From NCBI GenBank assembly GCA_003693705.1, contig RBZT01000663.1:1-32427 (forward strand): DNA of 32,427 bases, given 5' to 3'. The notes below the pieces were generated by a model. It saw only the letters and a program-made list of their open reading frames with translations, made no database searches and was not told the DNA's origin. This DNA comes from Polymyxa betae A26-41 (Eukaryota > Protista > Endomyxa: Phytomyxea). Made by a program: the position numbers and the translations under genes. Below are positions 1 through 9,519 of the stretch, in pieces; positions within the stretch are counted from its first letter, which is position 1; each line of letters starts with the position of its first letter.

Positions 1-778
1 AAACTGAATGCTTAGACTGTTTAGCATTATTTCGGATTCGAAGTTCAGGATGGAGGGTAAAGCATGCGTCATCTCCTCCAGGATGGCGATGATGTGGAAC
101 ACTGCATGTTGAGACTCCGGGCCTCTGTCGGTACAACTTCGTAACTTGAGCGCGCAGACCGCTAATCTCCTCTTGCATAGCTAGTTGGGCTGAGAACTTG
201 CTCGAGTGAGAACGTGCCTGTGTTTCAGCGTTTAGCAGCATGTTGGTAGCTTTCTGCATTGACACATCATCCAACGTGTCCAAGGCGGTAACGACTTCAG
301 AATACTCGTCTCCGGCATTCGCCAAAGCGAGTGCGACCTTTAGCTTTTCAGGGCAAGTGACTCCCGCATTTGTTACTGCTTGCGCTCGAGATTCGATCGG
401 AGCAATGTAGTCGACAACAGCCATGGAAGATTGTTTTTCGGTGTGGATTAGGGCTTTAACGGCTGAAATGAGTGCCGCCATTGAACCTCGTTGAAACATT
501 TCATGAAGTGACTTCCAAAGTGCATAAGATGTTTTGGACTTTTGAGCGATAACCAATATTTTGTCGTCGAGGTGAAGCTCGATTTTGGCCTTCGCACGTC
601 GGTCAATCTTGATAAGAGTGTCTTTGAGAAAAGGGGCTTCAGGTGCAGGCTTAAACGTTGCAGCGTCGAACCCCACGGGCTCATCATATTCTTTGTCGAT
701 TAGCAAAGAGCCCATCCGTCGTGCCCACTGTTGATAATTATCGCCTGTTAGGAGCGGTACACGGTCATCTTTACCCAT
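1..778 (-). CDS. gag: Ty1/Copia gag (5' part of gag-pol, runs off the window; element Copia-A)
   Basis: Not in the ORF track. Manual translation from the ATG at 778 is open to the window edge: MGKDDRVPLLTGDNYQQWARRMGSLL...AKAKIELHLDD...YALWKSLHEMF...DYIAPIE...EYSEVVTALD...CSVPHHRHPGGDDACFTLHPELR. These are typical Copia gag motifs, directly downstream of the PBS and LTR. Confidence 0.85.
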   Translation of the reverse strand, partial: MGKDDRVPLLTGDNYQQWARRMGSLLIDKEYDEPVGFDAATFKPAPEAPFLKDTLIKIDRRAKAKIELHLDDKILVIAQKSKTSYALWKSLHEMFQRGSMAALISAVKALIHTEKQSSMAVVDYIAPIESRAQAVTNAGVTCPEKLKVALALANAGDEYSEVVTALDTLDDVSMQKATNMLLNAETQARSHSSKFSAQLAMQEEISGLRAQVTKLYRQRPGVSTCSVPHHRHPGGDDACFTLHPELRIRNNAKQSKHSV

Positions 779-786
779 TGGGATAT

Positions 787-800
787 TGGGACTCTTAATC
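787..800 (-). other. Primer-binding site of Copia-A, complementary to the tRNA-Lys(CUU) anticodon arm
   Basis: Plus strand reads TGGGACTCTTAATC, 3 nt from the LTR end. The same core lies at 23626-23637 next to the Copia-B LTR. Confidence 0.7.
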
Positions 801-803
801 TTT

Positions 804-1060
804 TGTTGAATCAACAGCTATTTGGTGTTGCCGGATAAGAGAATTCAGATTGATTATGAACGAAGTGTGGCTAAGGTACCAGAATCTCTCGTGCAATACA
901 CGGCCTTTTATTCAACTTCGATAAAAGTTTATTAATAATTGATTGGATATAAATAGCTGATGATAATGAAACTGACATTCTGGGACCTAACTCCGGCGCG
1001 CAGTTTTTGCTGCGCAGTTTTCTTGATATGCAGGANNGTAAGCCGATGAGAACTTCAACA
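804..1060 (-). repeat. 5' LTR of Copia-A
   Basis: TGTTGA...TCAACA termini. Shares blocks GTGGCTAAGGTACC, ATCTCTCGT, CACGGCCTTT and TGGGACC with 23638-23908. Contains NN at 1036-1037, so the length is uncertain. Confidence 0.7.
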
Positions 1061-1199
1061 AGGATTTAGTCTAGGAATCCCTAAATTGAACTCCAGGAAC
1101 CGTCCAGTAGCAGTTCAAGCGATGTTCAGAGTTAGAAGCACTTCAAGCGCTGAAAGGAACCCGACATCGATGGAGGCTTCTCCTCTAAAAAATCTACAA

Positions 1200-1993
1200 C
1201 GCCAACTCGTGCCCAACAAGTATCTCCTGCAAACGCTATGGCTCTTTCATATCAGACGCATTTCGAAGCGTTTTGAAAAGGTAATATCAATCGTCTGCTT
1301 ATATCTTTAGATCCTAATAAAACATCAACGTTAGAAAAAAAGAGACGGCCAGATCAAAAGCCTCCGAATAAAGTTTGGAAAAAAGTTGAAACGGACATTT
1401 CGGTTCAATTCTTCGAAAGGCACGATCTGCCGGATCGGCGCCGGCAGCTTCTCGAGCTATTTTGACAAACTTTCTGGAAGATTTGAGTACAGGGACCGTC
1501 GATTGAGACAATAATGCCAAACCAGAGCTTCAGCCGGTTGGTATTATCCCTCTGCTGAAATCTTCTGAGGTCGACAGTTCTCATCAAATGACAGAAAAGC
1601 AATTTCAAACCATGCTGGAAGTTCGTGCTACACCCACGAAGAAGAGAAAGGCGGATGAAACAGCAGAAACATCATCCTGCGAGGTAGTCGAATTAGTCAT
1701 GACTAGTAAAGCGAGTGGCTCTCGATGCACAGCAGCAATTGAGATAATTGCTGTGGAGGTTGTAAACTCAAATTCTATGGAGGAGAGCTTCTTCCACCAG
1801 CAATCGGAACGGCACGCATTTAAGCACTGCCGTAATGCCTCAATCACTGCTCTCGACGATCAGGAATGTTATGTCGGTCGAAGCTCGCAATCAAAGCAGA
1901 GCTCGATCTGCTGGTATTCCAAAAAGATCACGGCCTATCGATGAGAGAGATGTGCGGGCTCAAGCGAATCGCCTTCTCGCTAAATTGAAATAA
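1200..1993 (+). pseudogene. Degraded accessory ORF (ORF2) of a Harbinger/PHIS element (Harbinger-0)
   Basis: Broken frames (1588-1944, plus a shifted C-terminus LAIKAELDLLVFQKDHGL...RLLAKLK*). Convergent with the transposase remnant at 2017-2450, the same layout as 12540-15740. 5' start is approximate. Confidence 0.4.
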
Positions 1994-2016
1994 AAGTTGA
2001 TGATTCATCTCTGTAC

Positions 2017-2450
2017 CTAATCATCTTGATCTGGGAGCCCGTCACCCCAGGCTCCACCGACGGATGTACCAGCTTATTCAACCTCCATATTCATCCGACG
2101 CCGATGGAGAAAGTTAGGATGGCACAGGCTCTCCTTGTTGTGTCAAACGTCTGCCTGCTCAGGACTCTCCCTTTCATCTTCAGCCCGCCGATTCCCCATT
2201 TTACTTTAATCCTCTTCCTAGGGTGAACTCTGTTATATGCATCTAATGCAGGCCCAAAACATTCGCGGCCTCCCGATGGTCGACTCTTCTCATTATAGAC
2301 TTATCGCATCCCAGATAGCCGGCTGAAAAACAATTAGCTCAAATCTTCGTGAATACTTGGTAGTGCTTACGATCTCCCATCACGTCTTCGAAAGAGTCGT
2401 CATCATGGTGAAAGTACTGTCGCCAGTTATGAAAGAGTTCAGACCGACGT
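2017..2450 (-). pseudogene. C-terminal half of a Harbinger/PHIS DDE transposase with a 48-nt intron (2323-2370)
   Basis: Translates RRSELFHNWRQYFHHDDDSFEDVMGD[P, intron]GYLGCDKSIMRR...RIKVKWGIGGLKMK...NFLHRRRMNM. Homologous to RTSDLFHSLRRHFVHTDEYFEYLFGDKGYVGEE...VEWDIVGMMRKW...SFLQRRSHDM at 14325-14670. Cut at 2450 by the Gypsy LTR. Confidence 0.75.
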
Positions 2451-2608
2451 TGAGACGGCTTCCGAGCCGCCAGGATCTAACTCTTAGTGTAGACCTCACA
2501 CGTTAGCACAGAAGGAACTTTGGTACTGTCTTGATTCAAGAACATGAGGTCACAGAGGGCACGTGACCTCAAAATCAAAAGATATTGAAATGAAAACCAG
2601 CGTAATCA
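2451..2608 (-). repeat. 3' LTR of the Gypsy element, with a PPT-like tract at 2609-2626
   Basis: 2451-2500 matches 27909-27958 (44/50). On the minus strand, purine-rich GAAAATGGGAATGAGGCG is followed by TG at 2608, and the LTR ends in GTCTCA. The 2608 boundary is inferred. Confidence 0.55.
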
Positions 2609-2856
2609 CGCCTCATTCCCATTTTCAGATGCCAGGTCGTCATTAATTTGTGCCAGCATAACGACGGACGGCTTGGTAGACTTGTTAATAAGAGGGTGGT
2701 CCAAGTAGAAAGAGGTAATAAAAAAGAGGTGCGGAAAAACTGCGCCGCAATCTGATTGGTAGGACCTATTTTGTCATCTCTTTCGTTTCGAAAGAGGTCA
2801 CGGACCTCTTTTTCCGTAAGTCATCTCTTTTTCTTTAACGTTACTTCTGTCATTCA

Positions 2857-4069
2857 ATGACCAATGTCAATGCTCCTTCGATCATTGCAGCCCTAGTTGG
2901 GGCAGTCACGGCCGCCCTGGGCGCTGTCATTGCTGTGGTAGACGAGGATCTTCATACTGATGGTCGAAGCTATCGCCGATCACAATCGAAAAAAAATTCT
3001 ACTGGTGTTTTATTATATGCTGTTGCTAATTTAAATGCAGCTTTCGACATTGGGTGGTTCATGAAAACCCTTCGGTGCAATAAGAGCTCTTTTGAGAATA
3101 TTTGCTGTTTGATTGAGGCCAGGTGGCATCTTGTTCATGACTCGATTTACCGCAATGCGTCTTTCACAATACGCGAACGTGTTGCTGCAACGTTACATTA
3201 TGTTTCACATACAGGCTCTGTTTTCGATACTGCACAAGTTTTTGGAATGAGCAAGACATCTGCTTTCCGTTTTATCAAAGAAGTGACTGATATTATCGTT
3301 GATGTCATGGCAAGTGATATCATTCGACTGCCATCAGGTCTTGAAGATTCAGAATGGAGCAATTTGTCAGAAGGATTCAAGCAGATTTGTGGGTTTCCCA
3401 ACTGCTGCCTTTCAGTTGATGGGACTTTGATTGAAATTGAACGTCCCAGAGAGTTTTTTGGCTGGTATTGTCGAAAAGGATACCCTGCTATCAATGCCCA
3501 GCTGGTCGTCGATCACAAGGCTCGTGTTAGATCATGTGATTTGAGACCAGGATCGGCCAACGGCAAATCTATTTTACAATTATTCAGGTTTAGGAGAAAA
3601 GCTACAGCGCATTCTTCCAGAGGGAATGTTTATTGTCGCCGATGCTGGCTATACCTTAAGCAAACAGGTAATCATTCCCTATCCCGGGGACGATTCCAAC
3701 CCGATCCGTCAATGGTTCAATTATCTACATTCTCGGACGAGAATTACAGTGGAGCTTGCAAACGGAATGCAACAAAACCGGTTTCGTATTTTGAAGCTTC
3801 ATTTGAACCAGAAAGAGGACTCAATTACAGGGAGAGCACAGACTAGCCAAATGGCTCGAATGATTGAGGCCAGTCTAGTTCTTCACAATATCTTTATCGA
3901 TTTGAATGAGGATACTGATCTTTCAGATTCTGACGATGAAAACGACGAGGCAGTGAATGGCAGGGACGCTTTTGATAATTTGGCATCAAGTGGTGCCATC
4001 TGCCTTCGTGACACTATTGCAGACTACCTTTACGATAATCAGGCAATGATAAAGAGAATGTATATCTGA
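2857..4069 (+). pseudogene. Harbinger (DDE_Tnp_4, HARBI1-like) transposase, one frameshift
   Basis: Motifs GFPNCCLSVDGT, WYCRKGYPAINAQLVVD, PGSAN(G), VADAGY, SRTRITVE, LHNI. An extra T at about 3572 joins ORFs 2857-3846 and 3626-4069. Confidence 0.9.
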
Positions 4070-4074
4070 ATGCT

Positions 4075-4921
4075 TTAATTCTGTTTGTCAAGCATTTTTT
4101 GGAGAAGCTCAACTGTCGCAGCCGACAATTTCAGTAACAGCTCCGTCTGAGTTCGATTCTGCTGAAGTAGATCAGTATTGACGGTGAGCAATTGTTCAAT
4201 TTTGTCGCTGTCGTTCTTCGAGCTAAAGGAATTGTTGGTCATGCTCAAGCTACGACCAAGAGAAACGAGGCCGGATTTGATGTCCTCACCAAGCGAACTT
4301 ATTGCTGCCGCGCGGTCAGGCGGTGCAGTTCGACGACGAAAGTTCCGGCCAGATTCAGGTACCTCGGCTGGTCGGGCATCGTTTTCGATTGGAGCTTCTG
4401 GATCTTCTGGCTTCTGCTGCTCTGGCGGCTTGGTAGTATTCAGGCAATCATGGGCAGTGCCCAGACTGCCACCGAAATGACTAACCAAAACGTCCCAGCT
4501 CTGCGGTTTCGGTGGGGCCGCAACGTTTCCTGTCGTCTTGTCATCATTTTGAACCTTGCGGAAATTATTTTGAAGCTCCTGGTATTTGTTTTTGATTTGA
4601 ATAACGTTTGCATCAGTACTACACTTGGATTGCTTATCTAAAAGAACTTTCGACGACCCAATTGAAAGTTTGGCTTTGTTCTTTAGATCCAGAAAGTAGT
4701 CATGATATTTTTCTCTCGAGGTCAGCAAATGCTCGATTAATGTTAGGCGTCCAGCGAAAAGGAACTTCGGCTCGCTGCCCATTTCTCCCCTTGGCTGCGG
4801 TAGTGACTTCTGCAGGTTCGGGAGCATCGGATGGCTGCTCCAGGTTGCCGGTATCCTGGACAGTGTCTTCATTAGAGGAATCGTCAGCCCAAGCCTGAAG
4901 CATAGCGTCGTCGTTGTCCAT
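4075..4921 (-). pseudogene. Harbinger ORF2, Myb/SANT-like DNA-binding protein, frameshift near 4740
   Basis: MDNDD...FRWTPNI / IEHLL...QIKNKYQEL...TTGN...KPQSWDVLVSHFGG plus a coiled-coil C-terminus. Homologous to 29097-29900. Confidence 0.75.
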
Positions 4922-5551
4922 GGCTGCAGGCAATGATGTAGTTTCAACAGATCTAGCCAATCAGATTGTCGCAAAAAAAAGAGGTCGCGCAATAGATGAC
5001 CTCATTCGGACCACGCAAAATTGATGAACCTCTTTTTTATTTACCTCTTTTTTTACTTGGACCACCCTCTAAGGGCAGTACCGTTGCCGTCACCTTAACC
5101 CTACAATTTCATTATTAACTCGTAACAGTCCGTTATTCCGGTGGTGGGGAAGGGCGTACCAGGCAAAACTCTATTTTTCGCTTCTATACGATGAGATTGA
5201 CGACAAATTAGAAGCCAATTCGTGCAATATATTAAGTGAAGAAATTTCCGATTTCGTTTGTATGGAGAACGATCATTTGAAAAGTGTAGGGCGGTTTACA
5301 GAAATATTTCGCGCAGTTTTCAGATTGTTTATTGTGCCCAGTCACGCACATATTTTTTGCTCCATTTATATGCGAGTTTGATCAGAGCATCCACGACGCG
5401 CATTTCTATTTTACCAAATCTATTCTCAAATAGTGCCGAAATAGATTGGTTGTAATAAAATAGGACACGATTTTCACATCCTGACCGTAGCTATCCGCAG
5501 TTCTATACTGTAGGCAACGTAATAAATTGGCGTCTTCAAACATTGCCAGCA

Positions 5552-5715
5552 ATGCCGCCAGCTGACGAATTGCTCCAGCACTGGATGGACGATGCTGAAG
5601 AATTTGAATTCTTTTTTACCAATATAATGCAGGCGAATCTCAACGCTAGCGATGAATACTCCAAGAATGCTGGCCAACGTCGCGATGTCAACATCGAAAG
5701 AGACAGGGATCTGAG
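5552..5715 (+). pseudogene. N-terminal fragment of the Pong-like transposase
   Basis: MPPADELL...RRDVNIERDR, a typical Pong N-terminal motif, cut by the element starting at 5716. Confidence 0.55.
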
Positions 5716-5835
5716 AGATGCGGTAACAGTGACACTACGTGATAAAAAATCGATATGTATGAAAATGCTCTAAGAGCCGCATCTATGCATTGTTTGGCGG
5801 GTACGGCTCTCCCAAACTTTTTTTAAAATTTGAGA

Positions 5836-6805
5836 CTAGGCGCTCTGCCTAGAGGAAAAAATGTTTTTAGGTGTGTAACTTGACTGTATCTCGAAGCGGT
5901 AATCATCGTCACACTGCTGGATGAAATCAAGTACCAGAGACTCGGCGCCATTGTTGTTGACCAACCAGTTCTCAATGCAGTCTGGGTGAGTTATAACAAG
6001 GAGTGGCTGGTCCACTTTATACACGTACTCCAGTGGGGTAAAGGCTTTGAAATAGGACATTAGACATTGTCTTTGATCGTCATCGTCGACGTCATAATCT
6101 TCATGATCGTACTTTTTCATATTAGCGAACATTTTCGCCGTCAGTCTGTTGGGGCTGCGGATATGAAACAAAATTTCAAGACCGTCTTTCGATATTTCCT
6201 GGGTAATATCAGTTCCTGGAAACAATGTACATATAACGATAGTGTGATGTTTCAAGGTTTGATTGTCCAGATAGTGCGTAATGTGGTGCATTTGCAAGCG
6301 ATTTTCAGAATTGGTAGCAGCTTCGACAGCCTAATGGATCGCTTCGACTTTGGATTGTGTTGGGGTCATGTTCTTCGAAGGGCAGGGTGGTGATGAGGAT
6401 GGGCGTTTGTCGCCGAATATGATCCGCGTAGACGGTATTCTGGGTTTTTTGTCAGGCCGCGTTACATCATCACCGCCGAACATTGTTATTATATCAGCAG
6501 GATAAGAATCGAAGGAAGACTGATTTGAGTCAGCGATGGAGTCACTATCGCCTTTCACTAAAATAAAGAATTATTATCCGGAAGGCTGGAAGCAAACAGT
6601 ACTTACATCCTCTCCAAAATATATTGGCCTGATTATTAATATCCCGGGCCAATACTTTCGCCAACATCGGTAGCTTCACCTTAATATCTTTGACTATCGG
6701 CTGCTTCACGGCCCCCTTGGCACACTCACTCCTCATCAGACAATGCAGATAGGGCTTGACAAAGTCGAACGATGACGGGGAATTGGTCGGCCATGGCACA
6801 GACAT
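5836..6805 (-). pseudogene. Spliced accessory gene of unknown function (~306 codons; intron 6558-6606; in-frame stop at 6331-6333)
   Basis: A 49-nt GTAAGT...TTTTAG intron joins ORF 6545-6805 in frame to 6331-6558, which is itself in frame with 5836-6297 across a single TAG. Confidence 0.6.
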
Positions 6806-7530
6806 GATTCAGCAATCGATCAGATTACAGAATGGCGAAACATACGGTGGGGTGGCGGGCATGGTAGACCATACATGGTCCGCAGAGGGTACAGCAGAAG
6901 GTGGCCGCGGCTGTGGGGAATGCTGACTGGCGCCCCAGTGGTAGACACTATTGCATACCACTGGAGGCCGGCCACCAAAGAGCACCAATCATGCTCCAAA
7001 CATTTGAATGCCCCGCCATATCGGATGTTTGGTGCGCTACTGTGAGCTGCACCGGAAAGGTGCGTTGCGTAGCTCTCTATTCTATCTTCAATGCTCACCA
7101 AAATTTGGATTGACGGTAAACGAAAGTTCAGCAACATTCAGCGTTTAGTCAATAAATGCTTCTTGCGGTCAGCGTCTGGCAGAACACATTCTGCCGCTGT
7201 CTTCGACTTTCGCGTTCATAGCAACGCACAAAAATTATCATTGGTCACTATAGAAGCTCTAACATGTAGCACAAATACAAGCTGTTACGACTGACCTATC
7301 GTTGAACCGAACTGCACAACCTGGGATAATCGCTGAATCACGCTGCATCGACTTTTACCGGCTCACCATTTTAGACCTGATTAGCTCAAGGCTCTTTGGC
7401 GGTGGGTTGCGCCCGCCTTCGCAGTTTTCATATGTACGTTACGATATGATGGGTGCACCAATTTTGTTACTGTAAAAAATTCTCGCATATCGTATTCCAA
7501 TGCGGTGCGTAATTATAATGCACAGTAGAC

Positions 7531-8610
7531 ATGGTTTCAACTTGTTACGGGTTTTCATTTGTGAGAAGTGCGTTTTCTCATATGCCTTCTTGTATGGATT
7601 CTCGTCTGGGACCCCAAAGCTGGTTTGAAGAGAGATGCTCTCAAATCATGAATTACCGATCTTCATTTCATACAGCCACCTGGGAGAGGCATATCACTTC
7701 TCACTTTGGCGTTTCCATAGGTATTATCATCAACATAAATGATCTCCTGAATTTGCGTTCGCCGGAGGAACAAGAACACTTATTATGGGCATTATTTTTC
7801 CTGAAGGTTTACAACACAGAAACAGTGTCTGCTCGTTTCTGGAATGTCACCGAAAAAACTTACAGAAAGTGTTTATACCCTATGGTTGAGCGAATTGCAG
7901 GGCTTTCTTTGGTATGAATGGCTTTCACAATGGTTGTTGTTTATTACGGGAATTTTTATCTCGTTGAGATCCCTTTGTTAAGGTAGAAATCAAAGTGACC
8001 CGCATATTTTTTAAAATACTCGTTAATTAAAATAAAATACATAGATAAAATTTGAAGATCGCTGGGATAATTCGGATCAGAATCGTCCTTCGATGTCGAT
8101 TGATGGGACCGATTTTTTACATTCCAGAACAGCAACCTATTGCCCGGGGGGATTACTCACACAAATATAAGCATGCAGGGCTCCGCTCTGAGATAGGTGT
8201 GGCACTGGGCTGCTTGAAAATCGTACACATTGCCGGCGGTGTGCCAGCTGGAGAACGGCCAGATTTGCGTCTGGCGCGCCATTGCCTTGTGACCAAACTA
8301 ACGCCTGGCGAGCAGGTTGCTGCTGATTTGATATACAGAGACGGTGAAAATTACTTTCTCACCCCTTTTCAAAATCCTAAGACAGAATACGAAAGATCTT
8401 TCAATAGGCAGCTGGAGCGGGTCATCATGTCCGGTCACGAAACTGTAAATAAGCGCTTCGAGCACTTTGAGGCCTTAGCGACAAGAAAATTCCGCCACTC
8501 AAGAGAACAGCATGCGGTGTTTTTTTGAGGCTGTAGCAAATCTAGTTCAGCTCAGTCTCCAAAATGAGCCGCTCTGGGATGTAAAAAGCCGATTGAAGCA
8601 ATATCAATGA
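7531..8610 (+). pseudogene. DDE_Tnp_4-like (PHIS) transposase with a 133-nt intron (7912-8044) and two homopolymer frameshifts
   Basis: HLLWALFFLKVYNTE...SL[GTATGA...ATAG]IKFEDRW...SIDGTDF / YSHKYKHAGLRSEIGV...AADLIYRD...HETVNKRF...FRHSREQH / EAVANLVQL. Confidence 0.8.
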
Positions 8611-8837
8611 TTTACTCGGTTAATAATACACAACCCGCATCATATCGAGACTGATACAGTGTGTATTTCCTTTTTGTATTCAGACCGCAATAAAGGGATT
8701 TCAAGTTACAATGCACAATACTGCGATTTTCAAATCTGGGAAAATGCACGAATTCGAGATTTACCGCATCTTCCTCCATAGTTAGAAGCGCTTTTGCTGT
8801 TCAATAATTGACCTTTATCATGAAACCTATCTTCGGA

Positions 8838-9494
8838 GAGGGCAAAGAGGGCGCTCCAACTGTGGAAGCAGTTTGTGACTACCGTTTATGGGTATGGCAC
8901 TCCTTTTTCGTGATGGCCGGTTCAAATAATGATCTAAACGTCCTTGAGTCCTTGACCGCTCACCTCTGCTCCATGGTCTTCTTCGCGGAGAGTCTTCTGC
9001 CATCAGTTTCACAATCAATGGCAATGAGTATCGTCAAGGATATTATCTTGCCGATGGCATTTATCCAGATTGGCCGGTTTTCCTGAAAACGATATCTCAA
9101 CCGGTCGGACGGAAGAAACGTCTGTTCATAGATTTACAGGAAGATCTACGAAAAAAATATTGAACGCTGTTTTGTTGTATTGCAGCAACGTTTTCGAATC
9201 TTAGCGCTTCCTTGTAAACTCTGGGATCGAAACGCCATGCATACAGTTATGACAGCCTGTATAATCTTGCATAATATTATCATTGAAGACGAATGGTACG
9301 TCGACAGTCTTATTCACGATTTTTTGTTTGAAAGTATAGAGGAATTTGACGTCCTAGCTCCTGTTGACAGAGAAGACACTTTTATCGGAGAGCTGGCTAA
9401 CTATATGGCGAGACTGCATGATCGCCAGCTTTATTATCGACTACGAGACGATCTGATTGAAAATGTATGGAGAAATTATGGCGATCAAGAGTAA
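8838..9494 (+). pseudogene. C-terminal part of the Pong-like (plant-transposon-protein type) transposase
   Basis: GKEGAPTVEAVCDYRLWVWHSFFVMAGSNNDLNVL...GYYLADGIYPDWPVF...IERCF...QQRFRILALP...ACIILHNIIIEDE, with frameshifts. Confidence 0.9.
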
Positions 9495-9519
9495 ATTGTA
9501 GAACTATCAATATATTTCT

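Larger units (their letters stand above)
2692..5069. mobile_element. Complete PIF/Harbinger DNA transposon (Harbinger-1)
   Basis: TIR GAGGGTGGTCCAAGTA / TACTTGGACCACCCTC, extending imperfectly to about 40 bp. TAA TSD at 2689-2691 and 5070-5072. Convergent transposase and Myb-like ORF. Confidence 0.95.
5716..8771. mobile_element. PHIS-type element with divergent, spliced transposase and accessory gene
   Basis: 11-bp TIR AGATGCGGTAA (5716-5726) / TTACCGCATCT (8761-8771). No clean TSD, because adjacent Pong sequence is deleted. Confidence 0.6.

Noticed and set aside
4178-4898. Plus-strand ORFs overlapping Harbinger ORF2, and similar antisense ORFs across the window
   Set aside because: These are shadow frames of recognisable TE genes on the opposite strand and have no motifs of their own.
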